This document shows, in pieces, positions 25,445 through 34,007 of a stretch of 59,528 nt of DNA. Source of the DNA: a virus. Its lineage: Duplodnaviria > Caudoviricetes. The stretch is taken from positions 1-59,528 of the IMG/VR virus record IMGVR_UViG_3300022822_000020. The stretch is one strand, 5' to 3'. The notes beneath the pieces are model-generated. The model was not told the origin of the DNA. It saw only the letters and a list, made by a program, of their open reading frames with translations, and searched no databases. Numbering within the stretch: position 1 is the stretch's first letter; each line of letters opens with the position of its first letter. A program made the position numbers and the translations under genes.

Positions 25445-25970
25445 TAAATGTCAATGTAGTACTTGTAGCTCCCCTACTGACTATTTAACAAGTGAGTTTA
25501 CAGTGGAATATGACGGTAAAGTGTATTCTACAAGAGATGATTTAACTCGTATTCTGTTTAATCATTGTCAAGAGGCTGGTGCTTTTAACTTATATCGAAA
25601 AAAGAAAGAGTACTGTAAAAGTTTATTAAGCTCACTACTTAATAACCCAGAGCTTGAACAACTATGGTGGGATTCAACTAATCTAGCCTTTTCAAATCAG
25701 ACACCTAATGAGGTCTTTAAAGAAGATCGGGATCGTGTTTTTAACTATTTAAACAAATTTATAGGTAACCAAATGAAACTATACGAGTTAACTAGAGGTG
25801 ACAAGTTCATTGTTCATCCCGATGTCGAAAAAGAGGCTAACGTATACACCTTTGTTAAGCTAGATGGTATGTACTCTATCTGCTTAGATAAAGAAAAAGA
25901 AGTAGTACACTGGTCAGTGTCAACCCCCGTTATACCGGTAATACACGTAGAGGATACTGTAAATGATTAA
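25437..25970 (+). CDS. Multi-module hypothetical protein (central Xre/MbcA/ParS-C-like segment; C-terminal MKLYEL module)
   Basis: ORF track; WWDSTNLAFSNQTPNE..RV.NYL; internal ATG 25773. Confidence 0.6.
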   Translation: MINKCQCSTCSSPTDYLTSEFTVEYDGKVYSTRDDLTRILFNHCQEAGAFNLYRKKKEYCKSLLSSLLNNPELEQLWWDSTNLAFSNQTPNEVFKEDRDRVFNYLNKFIGNQMKLYELTRGDKFIVHPDVEKEANVYTFVKLDGMYSICLDKEKEVVHWSVSTPVIPVIHVEDTVND

Positions 25971-26265
25971 GAAAACTTCAATCTTTCTAGTTGGTTTTAT
26001 TCTATGTTTTATCTTCTTTGAAGCTAAAGCAGAACCACAAATGGCGACTGTTCCTGTACTATGTGAACCTCATGTTATTGTTGAGAAGACATTGCAAATG
26101 CAGGGATTCAAATCTTCATATGTTAACAAAGATGTAGTGCTATATCAAGGTGCGGAAGCTAACTTAATAGAGTATACTAACCCGAATACGGCTATAACAT
26201 ATGGTTTACTAAGGTTCTCAGAGATGTCTTGTTTAGTCTATAGGTATAAGGGCTTGTCATTATGA
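25963..26265 (+). CDS. Small secreted protein
   Basis: Signal peptide ending AKA; SD GAGGA. Confidence 0.65.
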   Translation: MIKKTSIFLVGFILCFIFFEAKAEPQMATVPVLCEPHVIVEKTLQMQGFKSSYVNKDVVLYQGAEANLIEYTNPNTAITYGLLRFSEMSCLVYRYKGLSL

Positions 26266-26537
26266 TGATATATATACACCTATTGAGTAGTGTTGCTAAG
26301 GATTTTTTTAGAGATATTCAATACTACTTCGTAGATTCTTTTCAAACTAAAGTAAAAGGGTTAGTGCCTCTCTGGGAAGTAAATAGTAATACGATTATTG
26401 AATATAAAGGTAAGAAATACCTTTTTAAAATGTTTCATGGTTTTAAAGGCTACTGCTTAGATTGTAACAGTGAAGTTACTTACATTGACTGTAATGAAAA
26501 AGTAAAAGAAATAAAGAAGCTATCTAAACTAGATTAG
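26262..26537 (+). CDS. Hypothetical protein
   Basis: ORF track; ATGA overlap. Confidence 0.6.
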   Translation: MMIYIHLLSSVAKDFFRDIQYYFVDSFQTKVKGLVPLWEVNSNTIIEYKGKKYLFKMFHGFKGYCLDCNSEVTYIDCNEKVKEIKKLSKLD

Positions 26538-26557
26538 GGGTTTTCCCCTTTAAAAAC

Positions 26558-26636
26558 AACCCTCTGGGCTATCTCTTTAACTTCTTAATTGGGGTTTTAG
26601 GGGTAGTTCAGAGGGTTTTCTCTCTTTTTTTTTTTT
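26558..26636 (+). terminator. Long (~27 bp) G-U-rich hairpin followed by T12; end of the middle region
   Basis: AACCCTCTGGGCTATCTCTTTAACTTC-TTAATT-GGGGTTTTAGGGGTAGTTCAGAGGGTT, T run 26625-26636. Confidence 0.7.
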
Positions 26637-26657
26637 CGTTAAAAATCATGGACTTGC

Positions 26658-26676
26658 ACCAGGGGACGTTAAAGAA
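26658..26676 (+). promoter_or_regulatory. Phage RNAP promoter-like motif, copy 2
   Basis: ACCAGGGGACGTTAAAGAA, intergenic, start of the late region. Confidence 0.82.
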
Positions 26677-26878
26677 TAAGCTCCCTCCGCCCGGGTGTAA
26701 TTATTAGAGTTATAGACCTATTTTAGGAACTACACCCTAGAAATCTTTAAGATTAGAACTAGGGAAGCACTACCTAAGAAGTAACCTTAGTTACTCAAAC
26801 CATAGTTATTATTATCCTCATTATTGTAACCCTTAGTTGTTTTAATCCTTAAAATAGTAATACTAATATTAATAAACT

Positions 26879-26897
26879 ACCAGGGGACGTTAAAGAA
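26879..26897 (+). promoter_or_regulatory. Phage RNAP promoter-like motif, copy 3
   Basis: ACCAGGGGACGTTAAAGAA, 43 nt upstream of ATG 26941. Confidence 0.82.
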
Positions 26898-26940
26898 TAC
26901 GTCCTATACAAAACAAACAAATTAACCTTGGAGAACCATT

Positions 26941-27228
26941 ATGCTAGATGGAGATCACAACTCAGTATTAGCAGTAGTCGGTAGCCTTCTTGGTGGTGTT
27001 GGATTTTGGAATTATTTGAGTTCAAAGAGAAAGACAGATCATGAACAGCAGAAGGAATACCTGCAGTCTTTAATCGCTCAAGTAACCAATCTCTCTGCTA
27101 AAGTAGAAGTACTAATCAAAGATAAAGAAGAATTGTTACGAGAAATAGCTGAACTTAAGGCTGACCTAGCCTCCGCTAATTCAGAGCTAAGCTCAATGAG
27201 AATATACCTTGTCAACAGAGATAGATAG
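26941..27228 (+). CDS. N-terminal TM plus coiled-coil protein (possibly lysis-related)
   Basis: VLAVVGSLLGGVGFW then heptad repeats; SD GGAG. Confidence 0.7.
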   Translation: MLDGDHNSVLAVVGSLLGGVGFWNYLSSKRKTDHEQQKEYLQSLIAQVTNLSAKVEVLIKDKEELLREIAELKADLASANSELSSMRIYLVNRDR

Positions 27229-27237
27229 GGTTTAATT

Positions 27238-27702
27238 ATGGAACCTATCTCAGCAACTTTATTGATAGCTACAACTGCTTTTAATACCATCAAAAAGGGT
27301 ATTGAAATTGGTAGAGAAATAGAAGACATGGGAGGTCAGCTCGGAAGCTGGTTTAACGCTGTCTCTAAAATATCTACTGCAAACCAGAAGGCTCAACGTC
27401 CTTCAGTTTTTAAGAAGTTTTTATCAAGTGGTAGTGTGGAGCAGGAAGCCCTAAATGCTCTCATTGCTAAAAAAAAAGTGCAAGAGATGGAGTCAGAATT
27501 AAGAACTATCATTATTATGCGTTATGGAATACCTGAGTATAAAGAAATGATCGAGATGCGTAGAAAGATTATCCGTGATAAAGAACGATATATTGCTCAA
27601 CGTAAGAAGAAACTAAGAGATTTAGTACTCTACGCTATGATAGCAATAGCTACTAGTATGCTCACCTACATTATAGGTTTAATAGTATATTTAGCGATAT
27701 AA
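27238..27702 (+). CDS. Conserved phage protein with C-terminal TM
   Basis: MEPISA...IKKGIEIGREIEDM..QLGSWF; hydrophobic C-terminus. Confidence 0.7.
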   Translation: MEPISATLLIATTAFNTIKKGIEIGREIEDMGGQLGSWFNAVSKISTANQKAQRPSVFKKFLSSGSVEQEALNALIAKKKVQEMESELRTIIIMRYGIPEYKEMIEMRRKIIRDKERYIAQRKKKLRDLVLYAMIAIATSMLTYIIGLIVYLAI

Positions 27703-27718
27703 ATTAAAGGAAATTAAA

Positions 27719-28117
27719 ATGGCTATAGATTCAGACGAAATAGCCACTACCGATGTTAAACCAAAGAAGAAGAACTCTCATGTTGGTACTATTAAAAAAG
27801 GGCAGAAGCTCGAGGGTAGTGGAAGACCTAAGGGTTCAAAACAAATATATGGAAAAGACTCGGTAGAACGTCTTCAAGAGTTATGGTTCGACCCTATTGA
27901 GCGAATGGTGATACAATACCACAAGATTGATGATATGATCTCTGAGATGAACCTCGGTAAGCGTAGATACTCAGCGGTTGCTATGCAGGGTTTACTAAGT
28001 ACACAGGCAAGCATTATCAACAACTTGATGAAGTATGGTTACCGATCTGTACCTGAGCGTAGAGAAGTTGAAACAAGCACAGTAGAACCTTTACGGATTA
28101 TACTATCTGCTGATTAA
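27719..28117 (+). CDS. Probable terminase small subunit
   Basis: GSGRPKGSK motif; immediately upstream of terL. Confidence 0.55.
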   Translation: MAIDSDEIATTDVKPKKKNSHVGTIKKGQKLEGSGRPKGSKQIYGKDSVERLQELWFDPIERMVIQYHKIDDMISEMNLGKRRYSAVAMQGLLSTQASIINNLMKYGYRSVPERREVETSTVEPLRIILSAD

Positions 28118-28183
28118 CTCGATTATTGTTATATAAAGTTATTATATAGTATACAAAATAAAAATAAGGAAGTTTAATAAACT

Positions 28184-29506
28184 ATGTCCGAAGTACGACT
28201 CCACAAAGGTCAATCGCAGATCATTAAGTATTTGTTTTCAGAACCTAACACAGTTAAATACGCTACAGTGATGGCTTCACGAGGCTTTGGTAAATCATTT
28301 CTAGCAGCTACCGCAGCAGCAATCGCTGTGAACGAGCTTATACAGATGCCAGCAGATATGCCTAATAAAAATGTCTCTTTAATCTGCCCTACATATCAGC
28401 AATCTCAGGATATTTATTTCCCTATTCTTGCCTATCAATTAGGTCTTGAGAATTTTGCTGAAAAGAGTTCACTTAACGCAGGTACCTTTTGGTTCCCTAA
28501 TAACGTTAAGCTTAAGCTATGGTCTTATGAAGCATCTGAGCGTATGCGTGGAACAGGTCAATACTTTGTTGTATGTGACGAGGTTGAAGACTGGACAGGT
28601 AGGCCCGGATTAAAAGACTCTTGGGAATCTGTTATTCAACCTACTATGACCACTCGTTGGGGTGGCAACCACAAAGCACTTGTCATTGGTACTCCTAAAG
28701 GCTTTACTTATTTTTATGATATGACACAGCTTAGCGTTATTGATCCTCGATGGAAACACTTTCACTACAGCTATCGTGATTCACCTTACTTATCTGATGA
28801 AGAAATTGAACGAGTAAAGAAGACCATTGATCCTCTTAAATTCAACAGAGAGTATGAAGCTAACCCTGAAGAATCAGGTGCTAGGGTCTTCTATATGTTT
28901 GATCGTAAGGTTCACGTTACAAGTGACTTGCCAGAATTTACAAACAATAGTGATGGCAAAGAAGATGTGCATATCGCAATTGACTTCAACATCGGTATCA
29001 TGGCAGCAATTGTATTTGCTGTGAGAGCAGGACAGGTTCACATTCTTGATGATATGCAGAACGTACTCGATACAGAGTCTCTGGCTAAACGTATAAAAGA
29101 TTTGTATATTAGCAAAGGGCATAAAGTTAACGCCTATCCTGACCCCGCTGGACGTGCTCGTAAGACAAGCGCTGTTGCAGGAGCTACTGACTTTAGTATC
29201 CTTGAGAGTTACGGTATACGAACCTTTGCTAGGTCTGCTGCACCAAAGATCGTTGACTCTGTTAACGCTGTTAACCGTAAGTTCCGTAATGCTGCAGGAG
29301 ATATTGATATGTATATTCACCCAAGAGCTGCCTCGACTATTAAGAGTCTCGAGCGTACTGTATGGGTAGAGAGCAATGCTGACTCAGCAACAATTGATAA
29401 ATCAGAAGGTGTAGAACACTGGACCGACGGCTTAAGGTATGCCATTGAATACCTATTTCCTGTTAACGCACATAAGAAGTCTACTGCTTCTAGTTTTATG
29501 TTCTAA
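28184..29506 (+). CDS. terL: Terminase large subunit
   Basis: Walker A ASRGFGKS, Walker B VVCDE, IGTPKG, FNREYEA, nuclease IDFN, DPAG, HWTDGLRY. Confidence 0.95.
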   Translation: MSEVRLHKGQSQIIKYLFSEPNTVKYATVMASRGFGKSFLAATAAAIAVNELIQMPADMPNKNVSLICPTYQQSQDIYFPILAYQLGLENFAEKSSLNAGTFWFPNNVKLKLWSYEASERMRGTGQYFVVCDEVEDWTGRPGLKDSWESVIQPTMTTRWGGNHKALVIGTPKGFTYFYDMTQLSVIDPRWKHFHYSYRDSPYLSDEEIERVKKTIDPLKFNREYEANPEESGARVFYMFDRKVHVTSDLPEFTNNSDGKEDVHIAIDFNIGIMAAIVFAVRAGQVHILDDMQNVLDTESLAKRIKDLYISKGHKVNAYPDPAGRARKTSAVAGATDFSILESYGIRTFARSAAPKIVDSVNAVNRKFRNAAGDIDMYIHPRAASTIKSLERTVWVESNADSATIDKSEGVEHWTDGLRYAIEYLFPVNAHKKSTASSFMF

Positions 29507-29534
29507 CTCAAATATCTTTAATCTTAGGGAAACT

Positions 29535-30071
29535 ATGGCAACAACTTTAAATAATTCTGGAATAGTATTTCCAGATAGTACGACTCAAACAACAGCCGTC
29601 CCTTCTGGGTATAGAGAAATTTATTCAGGTGTGGTAAATGCAGCGGGTTGGTATTATACTCACAATTATACTGCAAACAACTCTTCAGTAAATATATACC
29701 AATTAGGTTTTTGGTGGACCTTGAAGTATGGGTCTAACCAAACTAATAGGCAAATGTATTCTTCTGATAGCTTCTTATTTCATACCACCGTTAATGACTA
29801 TTACTATACTGCTGCCAATGGATCTGGCCTAGAGTATAATATGTATACTTCATATAAAGCAATAGCAATCGGAAGAGCTCCTAGTGAAACTAGACTTAGC
29901 TATATGATCGAAAGGAATGATTTTTACCCCTATCCTAACAACATGAATGTTAAAATATTTGCAAGTACCGCTACAGATATAACCTCCGCAACTTTTGGCG
30001 GAAATATTAATCTTGCTACTCAATTACCCGGTAGAATCGCCAATGCTAGCAAATGGGCACGACCTTATTAA
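29535..30071 (+). CDS. Virion-associated-like hypothetical protein (MATTLNNSGIVFPDSTTQTTA...)
   Basis: Track ORF 29439..30071; SD AGGGA favours ATG 29535. Confidence 0.65.
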   Translation: MATTLNNSGIVFPDSTTQTTAVPSGYREIYSGVVNAAGWYYTHNYTANNSSVNIYQLGFWWTLKYGSNQTNRQMYSSDSFLFHTTVNDYYYTAANGSGLEYNMYTSYKAIAIGRAPSETRLSYMIERNDFYPYPNNMNVKIFASTATDITSATFGGNINLATQLPGRIANASKWARPY

Positions 30072-30082
30072 AGGAATAAAAT

Positions 30083-30244
30083 ATGTATAAAATTTATGTA
30101 GATGATGAATTTATAATAGAAGTTGAAACAAGAGATCAAGTAGATGTTGAGGCTGCTAAGCTAAGAGATACAGGTATTTTTGCTTTTCAAATAGTTGTAG
30201 TAATCCCAGAGTCGGAAGCCCTTGCCATTCAACAACAAGGATAA
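30083..30244 (+). CDS. Small protein, 53 aa (MYKIYVDDEFIIEVETRDQ...)
   Basis: SD AAGGAA, ATG 30083, TAA 30242-30244. Confidence 0.65.
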   Translation: MYKIYVDDEFIIEVETRDQVDVEAAKLRDTGIFAFQIVVVIPESEALAIQQQG

Positions 30245-30397
30245 TCAACGAATTAACCTACTTTATCTTTAGAAGTAGCTCTACAATAAAGAAAAGCGGT
30301 AAGTTTAAGGACTTATCAAAATATGCTATTTACCTATACTATAGGGTGAATCCACAAAAACCATATCAGTTAACTGATTAATTTAGACACTACAAAC

Positions 30398-30631
30398 ATG
30401 ACACAAAAATCCCCTTACGAATTACGAGCAGAGTTACTTACTCTAGCTAAATCTTTCCTTGATGCTGAATACCAGCGACAAGTAGACTTAGCAACAGTTA
30501 TGTATCAGCAAGTACTAAAGAACACCAAGGCTACCCAAGGAGACCTTGCTGAGTTCACTCCACAAATGTATAACTTTGGTGATATTGTTACAAAAGCTAA
30601 TGAGCTTTATTCATTTGTTCAGAAAAAGTAA
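30398..30631 (+). CDS. Conserved hypothetical phage protein (KSPYELRAELL...KANELYSFV)
   Basis: ORF track. Confidence 0.75.
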   Translation: MTQKSPYELRAELLTLAKSFLDAEYQRQVDLATVMYQQVLKNTKATQGDLAEFTPQMYNFGDIVTKANELYSFVQKK

Positions 30632-30798
30632 TGCTCAAGATACTAAAAGAATACTTAATGGTTATTGGAAATTTTCTTGCAACTGAGTCTGATGCGCAGG
30701 CTAAGCTAGAGTTATTCCTAAGAGATAAAACAATGATGTCACAACATGACTTAGATTATTGGATTAAGGTGTACAACCGTACTCACCATTATTACTAA
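30631..30798 (+). CDS. Small protein, 55 aa (MLKILKEYL...HDLDYWIKVYNRTHHYY)
   Basis: TAATG coupling; TAA 30796-30798; not in the track. Confidence 0.6.
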   Translation: MLKILKEYLMVIGNFLATESDAQAKLELFLRDKTMMSQHDLDYWIKVYNRTHHYY

Positions 30799-30800
30799 TT

Positions 30801-30886
30801 AACCTACCTTAGGTTCGTTTGCAGTACGTAAAACTGTGAATCGGGTAACACTGGATAAACGTAACCAGATTCGGGTGAGAGTCCCG
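30801..30886 (+). ncRNA. Candidate structured RNA (four adjacent hairpins)
   Basis: AACCTA/TAGGTT; TTTGCAGT/ACTGTGAA; CTGG/CCAG; CGGG-TGAGAGT-CCCG in an intergenic gap. Confidence 0.5.
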
Positions 30887-30906
30887 TCCTTATTTCGGAG
30901 ATTAAT

Positions 30907-31200
30907 ATGACAATTGAGTACCAAGGTGAAACCTTTGCAGGTTATAACAAGCCTAAACGAACAGCTAATCACCCTGAGAAGTCTCACGCTGTGTTAGCAA
31001 AAGTAGGCGAGACCATAAGACTAATTCGTTTTGGTGCTCAAGGTGTTAGCGGATCACCCCCTAAAGCTGGTGAGGGTGAATCCGATAAGTCTAGGAGAGA
31101 TGCTTTCTTTGCTAGACACAAACAAGACATTCAAAAAGGGAAACTCAGTGCTGCATATTGGGCATACTGGGTTAAATGGACTAACCGCTATAGTAATTAA
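30907..31200 (+). CDS. Conserved basic phage protein
   Basis: GETFAGYNKPKRT..HPEKSHAVLAK..IRFGAQG...SAAYWA; SD GGAG. Confidence 0.75.
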   Translation: MTIEYQGETFAGYNKPKRTANHPEKSHAVLAKVGETIRLIRFGAQGVSGSPPKAGEGESDKSRRDAFFARHKQDIQKGKLSAAYWAYWVKWTNRYSN

Positions 31201-31222
31201 CTTAAGCTAACAAGGGGACTTA

Positions 31223-31957
31223 ATGCCAAGAACTCGAAAGATGACAAGACGTGACCGTGTGGAAGACCAGCGTATGTTGGGTGATATGGGTGTTCAAGTA
31301 GAACAAAAACCAAGAACACCAAGACAATTCCACATTGAACCTATGAACGGTAAGCAAGAGAGGCTGTTACAAGCTATTCGAAATTACCCTATTACGGTAA
31401 CTATTGGTAGTGCAGGTACAGGAAAGACATACTGTAGTACTTCCCAAATAGCTAACTTGTTCCTTTCAGGAAAATATGAAAAGATCGTATTAAGCCGTTC
31501 CAACGTAGGTACGGGCAAGAGTATTGGTGCTTTCCCCGGCACCGTACAAGATAAGATGGCACCGTGGTTGTTACCTATTACTAGTGTTCTAGAAAAGAAC
31601 TTTGGTATGGGATTCTACAAGTACTTAACATCAAAGAATGTTATTGAAGTCCAGCCCCTAGAGACTATTCGGGGACGTAGCTATGAAAACTCTCTTGTTA
31701 TTGTTGATGAATGTCAGAACTTAACATTAGAAGAATTAAAAGCTATTACAACTCGACTTGGTGAAAACTCCAAGATGGTATTGTGTGGAGACCCTGCTCA
31801 GTCAGACACCTCTAATGGCTCTGGTGTATTACGCTTGGTAGAGCTATGCCATCGCAACAACATCGATATCCCAATTATTAGATTCACATCAGACGATGTG
31901 GTTCGCTCAGACATTGTAGGGCGCTTAGTCAAGATGTTTGAAAAAGAAAACGTGTAA
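31223..31957 (+). CDS. phoH: PhoH-like ATPase
   Basis: GSAGTGKT, IGAFPG, RGRSY, IVDECQN, TRLGENSK, GDPAQSD, DVVRS. Confidence 0.93.
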   Translation: MPRTRKMTRRDRVEDQRMLGDMGVQVEQKPRTPRQFHIEPMNGKQERLLQAIRNYPITVTIGSAGTGKTYCSTSQIANLFLSGKYEKIVLSRSNVGTGKSIGAFPGTVQDKMAPWLLPITSVLEKNFGMGFYKYLTSKNVIEVQPLETIRGRSYENSLVIVDECQNLTLEELKAITTRLGENSKMVLCGDPAQSDTSNGSGVLRLVELCHRNNIDIPIIRFTSDDVVRSDIVGRLVKMFEKENV

Positions 31958-32004
31958 GGGCCTAAAGGTCTCCTTATCTATGCTTATATGAAAGAAGACA
32001 ATTA

Positions 32005-33606
32005 ATGGCGAACTTAACAACTACTACAACTAAGGCGGCAACAAAATCTGTTGGTGATCCTTCAGCCTCTTATGAGTCTCTACGCACCCTCTGGAAGCGA
32101 TCACGGGCTGTCCTAAATGGACAAGCTCAAGCAAAAGCTTACGATGACATTCTCGATGTTTACACCTACAAGAATTTGTTATTGCCTTTTAGCCCTAAGA
32201 TGACACAGGAGCAATTCAACTTCTATCGTGCAGAGGCAGAGTTACCGGGTCTAGTATCCCAATATGCTAAGGTGCTCGTGGGTGGACTATTGCGTAAACC
32301 GCCTCAACTAACACTACCTGATAGTGTACCTGAAGGTGCTGAGTCTTGGTTAAAGAATAACTTTAGTGCTGACGGTATACCTATGCTATCTTTTCTTGAT
32401 GAAGCTATCTGGGAAGAACTACAGACATCTCGTGCGTGGATTATTGTTGATCATCCTGAAGTAGATAATTACGATGAACTTTCCCCTGAACAGCGTGACA
32501 TGATTAGCCCCTATGCTATGGTTGTCAAGGCTGAAAACGTTATTAATTGGCGTAAGGGTAAGGGTCGCTTTAGTAATGCTGAGACATTAACTAGTCTGGT
32601 TATGCGGTACTATATGCCTAACTATGATAGTAATCCGTTTCATCCTGACTATGTAGACACAGTGAGCCACTACTATCTCGATGAAGAGGGTTATTTTGTT
32701 ACTGATACTTATCAGCGTAGAGATACGAATGACACTGTTGATGTGATCAACGGTAACTTAAGTCCGCAGTATATTCAGTCATTAACTACTCAAGATTGGT
32801 CCTTAATTAGTACGCAAAAACCCCTAATGCAAGGTGAAAGAATCCCATATATTCCGGCCTTCCCTTTAAACGGTCAAGTAGACCCTATTGAACCTGCCCT
32901 ACAACCCCTTGTAGACCGTGAAGTATCATTGTACAATAAGATATCCCGCCGTAACCATTTACTATATGGTGCAGCAACATACACCCCTGTTGTTATGTCT
33001 GATATGACTGATGAGCAGTTTGATGATATCGTTGGTGCAGGTCTAGGTTCGTGGATTCACCTACGCAAAGAAGACTCTATCAAGGCGCTTGAAACACCTA
33101 CTGGCTCATTATCTGATATGGAAAACGCTATATCAGCTACTGTTGAAGAAATGGCTAAGATGGGCATCCGTATGTTATCACCGGAAGGTAGTGGACAGAG
33201 CGGTGTAGCTCTCGAGATCCGTAATGCTGCACAAACAGCACAATTGGGTCTGTTAAACAACAAGATTTCTAAGACAATGCAGTCAGTTATTACTGTTATG
33301 TTAAATTGGAAATATGGCTTAGGCTTAAATGAATCGGATGTAGATTTTACTTTGAGTGCTGACTTTAATCCAACACCTATGGGTGCTGATTGGATGCGAC
33401 TAATTACAGATTGGTATCAGCAAGGTATTATCCCACGTTCTACTTTTATTGCTATTGCTAAACAGAATGATATTCTGCCAATTGACTACAATGATGACGA
33501 AGGTGTTTCTGAGATTCAAACAGACCCGCTTGTAGGTACTAATGCGTCTAACATTGATGCTAGTATTCTTGAGAACCTAAAAACAACTCTAACAAAAGGA
33601 GTCTAA
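32005..33606 (+). CDS. Portal protein (DUF4055-like)
   Basis: 533 aa, first gene of the head module; Y..RAE, RKPP, SGVALEIR-type motifs. Confidence 0.8.
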   Translation: MANLTTTTTKAATKSVGDPSASYESLRTLWKRSRAVLNGQAQAKAYDDILDVYTYKNLLLPFSPKMTQEQFNFYRAEAELPGLVSQYAKVLVGGLLRKPPQLTLPDSVPEGAESWLKNNFSADGIPMLSFLDEAIWEELQTSRAWIIVDHPEVDNYDELSPEQRDMISPYAMVVKAENVINWRKGKGRFSNAETLTSLVMRYYMPNYDSNPFHPDYVDTVSHYYLDEEGYFVTDTYQRRDTNDTVDVINGNLSPQYIQSLTTQDWSLISTQKPLMQGERIPYIPAFPLNGQVDPIEPALQPLVDREVSLYNKISRRNHLLYGAATYTPVVMSDMTDEQFDDIVGAGLGSWIHLRKEDSIKALETPTGSLSDMENAISATVEEMAKMGIRMLSPEGSGQSGVALEIRNAAQTAQLGLLNNKISKTMQSVITVMLNWKYGLGLNESDVDFTLSADFNPTPMGADWMRLITDWYQQGIIPRSTFIAIAKQNDILPIDYNDDEGVSEIQTDPLVGTNASNIDASILENLKTTLTKGV

Positions 33607-34005
33607 ATGAAAAAAGTATTAGCTATTATATTACTCACATTATCCCTGACAGCGTGTTCTGCATTATCTGCATTTATACCGGGAATGGGTGGTGGTACTA
33701 ATGTAGCTGCTAATACTCAAATAGGTAAAGAAAATAAGCAAACAGGCGTTATCGTAGGTGAAGTTAAAGAAAACAAAGTTGAAGCAAATGACATTGGTAA
33801 ATTAAGCCAGTCAGAAAACGCTATTGAGGCTGCTCAGGTATCCATCCAAAACTTACCCCCTTGGGCTATTATTCTTATTATTCTTGGATGGATTTTGCCT
33901 TCTCCAATGGAGATATGGACAGGAACTAGGAAATCTATTTCAGAATTCTTTTCTGGAATAGGTAACGGTATTAAGTTTATTATTAGTTTATTTAAGAAAG
34001 AGTAA
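33607..34005 (+). CDS. Lipoprotein with C-terminal TM segment (u-spanin-like)
   Basis: Lipobox LTAC at residues 14-17; PPWAIILIILGWILPSP near the C-terminus. Confidence 0.6.
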   Translation: MKKVLAIILLTLSLTACSALSAFIPGMGGGTNVAANTQIGKENKQTGVIVGEVKENKVEANDIGKLSQSENAIEAAQVSIQNLPPWAIILIILGWILPSPMEIWTGTRKSISEFFSGIGNGIKFIISLFKKE

Positions 34006-34007
34006 CA

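Noticed and set aside
30872-30890. tRNA gene suggested by a T-arm-like hairpin
   Set aside because: No TTC loop, acceptor stem or D/anticodon arms in proper spacing; kept only as an ncRNA candidate.
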